From Yuukianura sp. NJ FZ-2021 (taxonomy: Eukaryota): DNA of 64,000 nucleotides. The notes beneath the pieces were generated by a model. It was not told where the DNA came from, did no database searches, and worked only from the letters and a program-made list of their open reading frames with translations. Both the position numbers and the translations under genes were made by a program. Positions within the stretch are counted from its first letter, which is position 1; each line of letters opens with the position of its first letter. The stretch lies in contig CM102290.1 of assembly GCA_046563655.1 (NCBI GenBank), positions 10,044,001 to 10,108,000 of the forward strand. The letters run 5' to 3'. Shown piece by piece: positions 50,301 through 62,300 of the stretch.

Positions 50301-53300
50301 TGGACTGGGAGCCCTTCCATTTTCGGAGACATTGGATATTTCTGTCTGCCGTGGTAATGGAACGGTGTTTGTGTCTGGAACTTTTATGTTGCTACTTTTT
50401 CTAAAGTTTCTGTTGGAGTCACATCACTTTCACTTGGAATACTTGTTCCACGGTTTGAGGTTTGGCGGGAGTTTGAATTTTTTCGGACGTTTCTTTAATC
50501 TCAGAACGTTTGCTCGAATGTTTTGAAGTTTTAAGTTTTGTCTCAATTTCAAAACCTGTTGGATGTTTTTCGTAACAGAATTTTCTCGCGTTTTTTATTT
50601 GATACAGAGTCGTTTTTCAGCCGTGTTTCGGTTCTGAAACGGCTGTGCCTTTCCCTTCGGACGGTTTTCGGTTTTCGTTGTTCAAGTTGAAAAGGCGTTG
50701 TATGAGCAGGTGAATAAGTCCGGACTTTGCGAAATGTTGAAACAGAATTGAGAAATCGCGATGTGTGTTGCATGTGAATTCGATAGAGAGACCTTGTGGA
50801 CGCAGTTACTACTTTCAAAAAATTGTTTTAGTATGCGTTTGATGTTGCGAATAAAAGTTGACACAATGAACAATTAAAAGTGTAGGCAAAATTCTTTGTT
50901 CTTTAGGAAGAAAACAATGGGTTGCTGGAGTTCAGTTACTCCGATTTTTCTTTGGCACACAATTAGAACAAACACATTGGGATTGGAAAACAATGGAGCT
51001 TTTTAGTCTCTTAGAACGTATCGTCAGCTGAGTCACAATTAAGTGGAACTTAAAAGTTAAAGTAATTAACTTGAAGACAATTAAGTCAAGTGTGGTAGTG
51101 GTGGGGTGATGAGGACTTGAGAGGAGCCGACAGGGAGTCGGCGCAGTGGTACATGGACATTTAGTCTATGGTTAGGCTAAGAATTAAGGTTCTGGTTAGG
51201 TTTTGCGATTAGGTTAGGGTTTTAGGCTAACCTAATCTGCGACTATGGACTGGTACGTGTGAGTTGGTTGATGTCTGAGTAAATACTGGAAGTCGTTCTG
51301 AGTTAAGTTGCTGATTGTCGTTTTTGTTTGGGAGGGGGTAGATTTTTTGAAGGAAGTTGAAGCCAAGTGGCGTTGTTTGTTGGTTGGTCTTTTGGTATGT
51401 TGGAACAGGAGCAGTTAAGTTCCCCATAACCTACGTATGCTTTTACATCTCTGAAGAATAAGATATGTTCGACTATAGGTTGTGGAGATGCAGAAGATCT
51501 CTGAATGAACCCACCTCCGGCCCCACCAAACAAACCCACCAAAGTTACATCACTTTGGAACACAAAAGATTCCAAGATCATCTTCCTCCTTACTTCTCGC
51601 TTCTCTTTTCGTCATCCGCTAAAAGTGCTTTGGTTTGCTCAACTCTTGCTTTTCCGGCTTCCGAGATACAAATGCAAGGCAAGGATTTGAGATTTCATAG
51701 AAGTTGAACCAAATTTTTTGAAAGATGAGAACAATTTGGAGTTGCGCAAACAGATTTTTGGAATGTGTCGTTTTTCGGTGTGGTTTGAGGACTATTTTTT
51801 TAAGGCTAATATTTGCGGAGGTTTAATTTTTTTTTTGTCACGTTTTAGACGTTTGTTGGACGTTTTGGAATTTGTAGCGTTTTGGAATTTTTGATGGTTT
51901 CATTCAGTTTTGAACAAGTTTTTGTTGATGTTTTTTTTTTTGGAAATAATGGTTCATTTGTTGTGGCCCTTGGCACAGTACCCAGACCCTTAATATGTCG
52001 TCGTTCGTCGACATGGGAACGACACGGAAAATAGTTCCTAGGGATTAAGTACCCTCTCTCCCTCCCTGGGAAAACAAAGACCCGGAGTCCTGTTACATGG
52101 AATTCTGTAGAAGAGAAGGTACTGGGAACTCCAAGGGATCGGTTGAACTAAGGATCTGTTGCATCCGTTGTAGCCATTAACGTAACCGCCGTAATCACGC
52201 ATCGTCAGTGGCTAAAAGAGGTGGAATAATGTAGCCACCGCTTCCAAGTTTGATTACAAGCCTAACTACTTCAACCAAAATCTACTGTAACCATTATAAA
52301 CACTCCATGGTTACAAATACAACTGCAACGGTTACAATAGGTAGTTACTTCAGATGTAATTTTTACTTTAACCAAGAGTTCGGAAGCTTGGACTCTTCCG
52401 AAGGGTCTGATGAAGTGCCCTCCCACACCTAAGTACTCGCCTTGGCAGGGTCGTTTGAGGGTACTTTTGAATTTTGTGCTTCAAAAGTGAATGAAGTAAT
52501 CTAGGTAGAAAGAGAGCTCAAATTGCAAATTTTTTGTTGTTCCGGTTTTTACTGGAAAGGAACAAGGAAAAACTACAATGCATAGCAATTTTTTTTTTTT
52601 TCTAATTTTGTGAATGATTTTTATGGTTTCAGGTACAAGAGTTATGATCTAAAGAGAAAAATTGAAATTTAGTATTTTGACGTGAGCAGGTACCAAGGTT
52701 TTTGAAAAAAAAATAAGTTATGGTTAGTTAGGTTGGCTGATTTTTTTGATGATCGAATTTGTATTGGTATTTTTGTATGTTGAGCGTTTTGCTTTTCTTG
52801 AGCGTTTGTTGAGAAATGTGCTGAGTTGAGTAATAAGATGAAGATATGCCTTTATGCCTCTGAAGAAGGACGGGATTAAGGATGATTTTGATGATTGGAG
52901 ATGCATTGTTCCTTTGTCAGATGCAATTCCTTTGTTGAGGGTTGTGAGAAATGAACTTGTAGAAAAGCAGATGGTTGATATACCTGTCACCTCGATTTAG
53001 TTTAATTGATTAACATATGAAATGTATTTAAATATATTATCTAATCGATTACTTTTCTCTTTTTTGTGTTTGCCGTCCAACAGGGAGAACTCGAAGGAAC
53101 GTGAATTCATTGCAGATTTTATTGGAAGAACGCCGAATTCGAGTGGAGAGCGATTGGCGAATTGGATCCAACCGGAGTCATTTGTGGATCCGGAGAAGTG
53201 TCAGGTAATGGGCGTGGCAAAATTTCAAATTTCATGTGCAAAATTTCAAGTTTCATTGCAAGATTTCAAGCTTCATGTTAAAAATTTTGTGCTCGACGTG

Positions 53301-56300
53301 CAAAAATTTAAGCTTCGGCTCAAGGGGTAAAGGTTGTGACGAAAGACCTTGGAAGTTAGGCAGGGTTGACCTGTTGACCTTTTGAAATTTGTAGAGTGTG
53401 AGGCGTTTATTTCTTTTTTTGAAAGGGTGAATAAGTGTTGGAGGGTTTAGAATTTGGGAGTTATTAATGAAAAGCTTCCTGTGATTTACCCTTCTCCACT
53501 TTATGAGTCATGACAAATCGCTTCAATTTTCTTTTCAGTGTCTGCAAGGGTCATTGGAGGGATTCGGAAGTGCGTAGTGCGCGGGAGGCTAATTTAGTAT
53601 AATTTTATGATCATTTCCATTCACACTTTCTATTTTTAAGTATAGAAAAAATGGATGAAAACGGAAGTGGCATGAGAGTTTGACAATGGAAATGAAAAAG
53701 AAACATTTCTTGAAGGATTTTATTAGCGTTTTTAATCCTTTAAAAGAAAAGTAAATAATTTTTGATTTGTTCTATCAGACAGCGTAATTTTTTGTTGTCG
53801 TTTTTAAAGCTTGTGTACTAAAAAAAAATTAGCGATTTACCTCAGAAATTTTTGATGTTTGAAAAAAGTTGACTTTTCGCAAGCCGGGAGACGACTTTTT
53901 TTTTTCGAATATTTGAATTTGAGAGAAACAGATGTGATAGTTAAGCATCGTTTACCTAAAATAATATTTTTCACGTAGAAAATTTTGATTTCATGGAAAA
54001 TACGAGATTACATGAGCGCTTGAGAAAATGTTTTTGTATGTTTGTTTCCAGATAATTTTTCCAAAAGAAAAGATGAGGCGTGGGAGAGTGGGTACTTTGA
54101 CCTTTGTTACCCGAGATCAATATGGAGACGTGGTGACGTCCCCTGGCCTTTTGGTAAGCAAAATAACTTTAGTAGATTTAGCTGCAATCCATATATATTT
54201 TTATGCCAAGCTAATCCGAATGTAGAATGTTGACTTTTAAAATTAACCTAAAGTATTTGTTAGTTCAGTTTTTTTTTAAACAGTTAACGTAAACTGGAAA
54301 TATCACTTTGATGTTTGTGCTGGAAATTTAACTTTCGTTGAGATTTACGAAACCTGTTGAGAAAAATTTTCAGGATGTTTTTCATTTAATTAGGGATTTT
54401 TTAATTAAAGAAAAATGACTTTTTGACTCCATTTTTTAATAGACAAAGATGAAGTAAAAATTTTAATGAGGATTTTTGATGCTGAATGGAAATGTTGTAA
54501 ATTGGAATTTGAATTTCCCCATCACGGCTTAAGATGGTTACCGCCTCTGTTCACCTTGTGGACTTTTGAATAACTCGTTTTGGCTGGTATTTTGGTTTGG
54601 AATGGACATGAATTCCGTCTTGACTCAAAAACGAGTTTGGTTCCAGTTTTTATGAGAAAATTTCAAGGATTTCATGGATTAGTTCGGAGTGGCAATTCAA
54701 TTATTAATTGAGAAATTTTAATTCATTTGAAACTTTTGTTTTTATGTCACAGGTCGAAATGATGGCTAATCCCCTGCGGAGTTGTCATGCACAGAAACCA
54801 AGCACTTCTTTTGTCTCTGCTTCGGGTAGACGGAATTACAATTTGGCCAGTTTTCTTCCCTCCGGGGTAACTATACCGGAAACGCCGTTTGAAGCTACGG
54901 TCAAGGACAAAATGCGATACATGGCCATCACGATGATGAAAGTGAGTCCGGAGTGTTTCGAACAAGATTTTGTACCGGATGGTTCATTAATTTTTATTGT
55001 TAACTTGCAAAGTGTCGAGTATGAATTTGAATATTTTTTTGGACAAGTGTGAATAGTTGTGAGCCAGTCGGTGCATAATTGGTTTCGTAAATGTTGGATA
55101 TGTGATGAATCGTGTTTGTCATTTGACAGGAGTATGAAAACTTCTCGTTTGAAGAGCTGCGTCTTCTGTGTCCTGTAGCGAGAACAAACACAGAGCCGAT
55201 GTTGATACGCGACAACGGAGATGGGACATACGTAGCCACGTGGTGCCCCACCTTTGTGGGTTCATATCATTTGTCAGTGACGGTGGACGGATATGCAGTG
55301 CCACAGGTAAGGGTCACCAGAGGTCACGCCTCGTCATTTCACACAGACATTCCACACAGATCAAAATTCAAAAGCATGAAAAGCAAAAATGCAATTTTAG
55401 AATCCAATTTAGTTTGAATTATGTATTTTATAATGTTGTCAGGCTCTCTAAAGCCGACGTAGTAGCTTCGCGTAAGATTTTCCAAACTTTTAAGGTTTTG
55501 GAAAAACGTCGATAGGTTTGGCATAATCCAAAACTGCATTTTCTCCCATTTTTTCTCGAATTTTGATCTTCTGGCATGATGTGATCTTTTTAGAGGGAAT
55601 GACACGATGTAATAATGCGGGATAGTTGTAAGTGCTTGGTTGGATCTGATAAATTGATTTGAAAATAATGAGCACAAAGTGCTTCGCGGGTTTTTGTTAT
55701 AAGCAAAAAAAAAAAAAGAATCTCGATTTAAATTTTCTGTAAAAGAAAGATGAGCGAAAGGGCATTGTCAATGAATGAATCACAATTTCCATATAAATCT
55801 AGACTAATCAAATTTTCTGTTTTGGGGTGAAGCGGTACTTTTCTTATGAGTAGAAAAAGAAAAACTTGTGAGAAATGACAGTTTGGTGCTTTGATTATCT
55901 TGTGAACTCATTTTTCATTCCAAATATGAGCGCATCAAGACAAATTTGGATATGACGATGTGCAGATTATGATTTATGAAAGTTACAATTTTGTTAAAAA
56001 GTTGAGAAAAACGAGAAACTTTGAAACGAAGCGGAAGTACAGACACATGAAGGAAATTATGCAATAATAATTTTTAACTTAATTTTTTTTTTGTAGATTT
56101 CAGCAATTGAAGTTGAAGACACGCCGGACGGAGCGTTATTTTCGAAAAAGACTGAAGACAGCAAATCGCTTGTGAACCGAATAACGTTTTCGAACAAGCG
56201 GAAGTTTCAAGCGAGAGCTGCTGACTCTTCTGGTTTGCGTATCCGTGACCATCCGACGCTGCAAAGTGAGCAGTTAGGTCTAATTCCACTCAATGGTATC

Positions 56301-59300
56301 GTGACCTTTGTTCATGAAATTCACAACGACGATGGGATTTGGGTCAAGTTGGATGATCCGTCGTTTCGAGAGCATTGTCGCAATGCGAATATTTTCCAGC
56401 GAGAAGGATGGTGTCTCCAGTTCAACCAGCATCTGGGTAAAACGTTTTTGTTTCCACTGGAACCACCGAAGCCACTTCCAGGTCACCAAGCCGATCCAAG
56501 TTCCGTAACAGTTAGGAAGCCCATGCTTGAAGGCCAATCTTCAGGAAACAATGCGGAAAACAGGTATGCATGATGAATTTCGTTTTCAATTTGATTTTGA
56601 ATTCTACTACAAAAACGTTTTTCAGTTTCTTTTTTAAAATCAAAGTTGTTCAACCTTTTTGAGATTGTGCTGACTATACACTTTTAAATAATGCTTGTCA
56701 ATGTAAAGAATATATTAGAACTAAGACTATGTAAAATTATAGTTACGAGTGTTATGTTTTGTTTTGGTTCCAGTAATAGTGCAAAAGCGTTGCGACTCAA
56801 CCGTGGAAACGGAGTTTATGTTGTTGTTAAAGCTGGTGTGGGAGGTCACAACGTCAGGTCAAAACCAGCACTGGGAGCAGCAGCAATCGGAGTAATTTCT
56901 CTGGGTACAAAAGTTGAAGCTGTGGATGAGGTGAGTTTAAGCTATAAGTTTTAAAATGGTATAAAACAATTTTTTTTAAATAAAATTTTTATGAGAAAGT
57001 TGTATGTAGTGATGTATATTATTTTAATCAATCCCGATTTTGTTTTGCAAGCGCTACACAAGAGAAGGATTCTGGCTGAAGTTGGACAAGACGATGCATG
57101 AACAATTATGTTTCTTGGGACCAGGGGGTGTTGACATGTGGGTTTTGGCCGTTGATAACGACAATGTCATTTATTTGAAGAAATCCACCAAGAAAACTGG
57201 TATAAATTTATTATAAAATTTTCAAGTTCAGTCGTAATTATTTGTTGTTCTAAATTAGAAGAATCTCCGCGCGGATTTGATTTCTCTGAAGCCTCACGTG
57301 TCCCTCAAAATGTCTTCCAAACAACAAAACCTCCTATCACCTTTGGACTCGGAGAAGAATCCCCGGCTATGCTCAAATCTGACGAATCTCTTTCACGATC
57401 TGTTGAGGAAGAGAAGGGAAAAGATTATGGAGTGGAGGACAAGAAAAAACCGACAGAATTAGTGTCTGACAAATCGAAAACGACGGAATTAGGAGATGAA
57501 GGATCAAAGGCCAGCGGCCAAGGTCGTTCGAGATCATCGTCAACGTTTGGAGCGCTTCAGAAGTGGCTCCAAATGAGCACAGAAAGTCTTGGTGGAAGTC
57601 ACAGTCAAGCTACAACTTCTGGAACAGGAAAAAGCTCCACTTCCATGATTCAAGCGTCAAAATCATTTGTTAAAGATGGAATCCATGCGTTGAGTAGCGC
57701 AAAACAGACGACGCACACTGTGCCCCATGTACTCACAAACTCAGCAACACAAACATCTCCGGAAATCGAACCGCCAGCGGCAGCGACATTGGAATTTCCG
57801 AGAGGAATTCAGTTCCATATTGGCACAACACTAGACGTTCCAACACCTAAAGGAAGCAACGACAAGCGAAAGTCACGAAGTTTGTCGAGTGGGAACGCCA
57901 GAGATCGTAAATCGTCACAGTCACCACGAGGAGACTCTGATGAACAGCGATCGCTTCCAGTGACGATTACACCACCGTAATATTTTCTTTCGTAATTTTT
58001 CAAAAAAAAAAGTTTAAAAATTGATTTTTGTGTTTTTTTTTACAGCGTTACGTCGTCAGCTCCTGTCAAGGAAGCCATTGGTCCGGGTGACGCTCAAAGC
58101 GTTCGGGCTGTGTTTGGAGCCGTGATTTGGTACGCTGGAATCATCCATGACGTGATGGCTGTCGCTTCTTTCCTCAAGTTCATCCTGTCTCCGTCGACAC
58201 AAAAGTCGCCACCAGAAAGTGTCCAGTCGACGTCCATGTCGGATCCTGTTGCTACAACAGTTACTCCGTCCATGACAAAACGTGGAAGCGCAGACTCTAA
58301 ACCGTCCGAATCCGTTCGATATCGGCTCAATAAAAAAGGACGTGATCGACCTAAAAAACAGCGTCACTCTGTTGAAGCCAGCTCAAGCCCTTGGCTACTC
58401 AATGCCAATCCTACAATGGCTTCAGAGAAGTTGGAATTTCTGTCACAGTTGGATCCCAAGAGAAGTGACTCCGTGGGGTCAAAAGAGACCGATGAAGAGT
58501 TGGATGAGGTTGCTGCAGCGTACTTCGAAATGAGACGGCTAGAAAGGAAGCAACCCGGGGCTGTAGTTGCTCTACGCAAGATTTGGATGTACGTGAAGAA
58601 GAACTGCAATGAAGCGCTGCTCCAAGAACTATTTCGAGGACTCAGGTACAATAAGATGGATGGACCAATGAAATTGGGAGCGGTGAAGGTCAAAAGAGAT
58701 CGAAAAGCAAGGTGGGCCAACATACCAGAAGGGCCTCCAGTAGTGGGGCCACCTTCAGTTGGTGGTTCAGAAAAATCAAGAGTCGTAGGTGTGCCAGAAG
58801 TGGCTTCCAAGAGTGAGAGAGAAAAGCCAAAGGAAATGCAGGCAACAGGACGTAGTTTTTTGGTGGAAGAAGACGTAGATCCTGCAGTTGAACCTTATGA
58901 GTTTTCACAAGTTCTGCAGTGCGAAGTCTGTCGCATCCAACTCAGTCGTCCTGGAAAATCAAGGTATGAATTAATCAATCATTTAATTAATTACTAGTGA
59001 CAAACTGAAAGATTTGGGAGTGGGAACTTTTGATGATTTTAAATTGATCGCAGGAAATCGTACTTCGGATTCGCTAGACTTTGCGAAAACTGTGTGGATT
59101 CGCAGCTGAAAGTGAAGAGACTGCAGTCACAAGGATTAAATAAGCCAAGGTCACGCACGGTCAGTGACCTCATGGTACCTTACGCTCCGTCAACAAGCAT
59201 CCATGGAACTGTACTGAACAATGCTCTCTTTCTGCTGGAGATGATCAACACTTCCACTGCAGAGGCTGTGGATATGAGTGCCTTCAAAGAGCGAGAACGC

Positions 59301-62300
59301 AAGAAATTGAAGGCCCTTGGAAACTCATTCGTGTGTCTAGAAGCCCTTGGAGTGACTGAGGACAGAGCAGATGTCAAGGATGACATGGCTGGGTCAAAGA
59401 ATGACCTTGGGGCTATTGACCTTGATACTTCAACTTCCGAAAGCAAACCGAAGCTGGAAGGTTTACTGAGTCCATCCCCAAGTCGCAGTGATTCACCTGA
59501 GAAATTTGCCATCAGGACCAGGAGTCAGCCAAACCAACGACGACGGAAAACGAGTAACGGTGACCATGGAACGAACAAGAGTGAGATGCAAAATATATTT
59601 TTGTCAAATTCAGATTGTAGTTTTTGAAATTTTGATTTTTGTGAATAGTTGGGGGAATTGGATTGCATTTGCTGAATAAGCCATCTGCTGGGCTCCAAAA
59701 ATTTTTGGAAAATGTTGTGGACTATGGCGAGCAGGAGGCATTGTCGAAGTTGTGTGGAACTGTGATGGCCTTCATCTCAGAAAAACACGATTTAGCAGCT
59801 CTCAAGCTGTTCCTGTACCAAACCATACGCAAAGTAACATGTCGATCTTATGGAATGGAGGTACAGTGAATATTCTTGCAAAAAGACAACCATTTTAAAA
59901 CTTTTTTGAGAATTAAGTAAAATATTAAAGAAAAACAATTTTGTAAATATTGGTTTGAAACATGCCCGTTTTGAAAATGTTTGAATGTTTAGAGTTTCGC
60001 CTGGTTACTTCGACATGTGAGTCAACCGATGGCACTTCATGACTTGTTTTGGTGGTACGCCTCAACCGTGGATCCAAAGTCTGATCAACAGGAAGTGAAA
60101 CAGGTTCGAATCAGAAAAACATTTGAGTACACTTTTTGCTAACGTTAAATTCCAATATTTTTTTTAATGGATGTATTTTTGTTGAAACAGGAAGAAGTTG
60201 ACGATGACGGTTGGTGGCAGATTCGAACGCATCCATTGGGCGACTCTCCTCTGACTCTGTTTCCGTTTTTGTCGGATTCCTTTTACGTTCTCCTGCAAAC
60301 GATGTCTGACATCATGAAGTATCTGCCAATTGGTTCGCCACTTCTTGAAATGGCAGTCAAATGTTGGGGTGTTTCGTTTTCAAGAAAAGATCATCTTTTT
60401 CTCCACAAGTGAGTCTCTTGAGATATGGAATTTTGTTCAAAAATGTTTGCAACAAAATATTATTGCTAATTTGTTTTTTATTCAAGGTGCAAAATCTTCC
60501 GAAACTTGAGCAAAATTATGTCACAGTTTGATGGGGACACGGAAGGATCCAAATCTAGTGTTTCACTTGAGTATCACGATGGAGAAGTCGTTAGTGTCGG
60601 AGAGCTGACGACGGCGTTTGTAGATCTGATCCCACATGCAGACGTGAAAGTATCCAGTAGAAACGCACTTTGCTCAAGTCTAACAGACGAATCTACTGAA
60701 ACGTTTTGGGAATCTGGAGATGACGACAGGTATTTTTTTGTACTCCAAAATGTCATCATTTGAAATAACTCGAAGTGTGTTTGTTTTGTTTTAGTAGAAT
60801 GAAACACATTGTGATAACGAATCGCTCGACGGCTGCTATTCGCACGGTTGGAATTTACTTGGACAACGTCAAGGACAATGCGTATCGTGTAACGTCAATT
60901 TGTACAAAAGTTGGTTCAACGGCAGATGACTGTTTGGTGTACAGTCCACTTGATGTTGATGCCAAGTTCGTTGGTTGGATGTGGTTTACAATCAAGGGTA
61001 AGATTTTGACAAAAAAAAATTGAAAAAGACTCCATTTGAAAAGTAACAATAAATTTTGGTTGAATAGACCCGACAATCCAAGTTGTGCGATTCGATTTGA
61101 AAGGATCAGATTCGAATATTCGTGTTCGTCAAGTCAAAATGTTGGGAGTATTTAGAGATGAACAGGAATTGGAACGAAGCATGTCCAACTTGGCAATTGC
61201 AAGACAGAAATGTGAACGAGAAACTCTCCGGATTTTTAGAAGTTTGTCTTCTGAGGTGAATATAAAACTGAAAGCTTTGTATTACTGGATAAAGTTTAAA
61301 CTAAATTTTGTTGAGTGCAGGTATTTGGAAAGCTGTTGAGTGAGGGAAAACATGGGGAAGATGAAGGAGGAAACGACCTACAGGAACACGTTGTAGGAAT
61401 TCTCTTCAGTCGAAACAAGTTGACGGGATATCTAACAAATCTACAAAGACAGGTACGTAACATGATTAGTTTGATTAGAATCGTTGACTTAAGTAAGCGT
61501 TGTTTTTATTTTTAGGTATGTTCTCACATTGTGGCAGCGATTCATCGAGAGAGCGTGAAGATCAAAGAAGAATTTGATCTGAACCTGCCAAGTGGAACGA
61601 TTATGGAAGTAACAGATCAATTTCCGGTGCATTTTGTGACACCAGCGGGAGGTAAGTATTGATGTTTTTCTTAACTGTACAGTTGTTGTTTAGAAAAAAC
61701 GTTACAATATGTTACAATAATTTTGAGAAAATTGAAAACTAAACTCTGGTTTTGTAGAACGTCCTAAAGTGGGTGACAGGTACTGTTTCGAAATGTTGTC
61801 ACTTGTGTTGGCGTTGGCTGGAAGCAAAGTTGGACGGTCGTATTTGTCTAGACAAAACAACTTGATTCAAGATTTGGTCCAACTGCTACATATTGGAACA
61901 CCTAGGATTCAACGTCAAGTAAGGACGATGGATAACTTGCATTAACTTAATTTCAATTTCAACTTAACTGATATCTTCTTTCGTTCAGGTTTTGCAAGTC
62001 ATTCGAAAGATTTTACCGGAAATCGCCCCCGCAGACTTTTCAGCGATTATTGGAACTGAACCGTCTTCGGAGACCAAGAGAGAAGGTATTGTCCTTGATG
62101 TCTTTTTGGGAATCATTTGCAAAGCATTGCAAATGAAGGCTCGAGCAACTGGGTACAATGAGCGGTCGCGCATGGCTCGAACAATTAATCTCAGCGACAT
62201 GTTGGAACGGGAGGATTTTCCTACTTCATACTGGTTTCTCCACGGAGAAGTTGAAACTGCTCTGGCACTCTCAGTAGTTCGACTGATCAAGGACATGACA

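Noticed and set aside
52255..52270. CCTAAC inside the multi-branched RNA as a telomerase template for TTAGG
   Set aside because: Only a 6-nt match of a motif that is common in this window, with no snRNA-type promoter or other telomerase RNA features recognised.
49994..52420. CTGATGA motifs (also at 20672 and 48184) as hammerhead ribozyme cores
   Set aside because: None has a stem II followed by a correctly placed GAAA and stem III.
47494..52640. TTTCAG|GT sites (47500, 52632) as recursive splice points in the 13.7-kb intron
   Set aside because: The donor halves are weak or ambiguous, and such sites are expected by chance in T-rich sequence.
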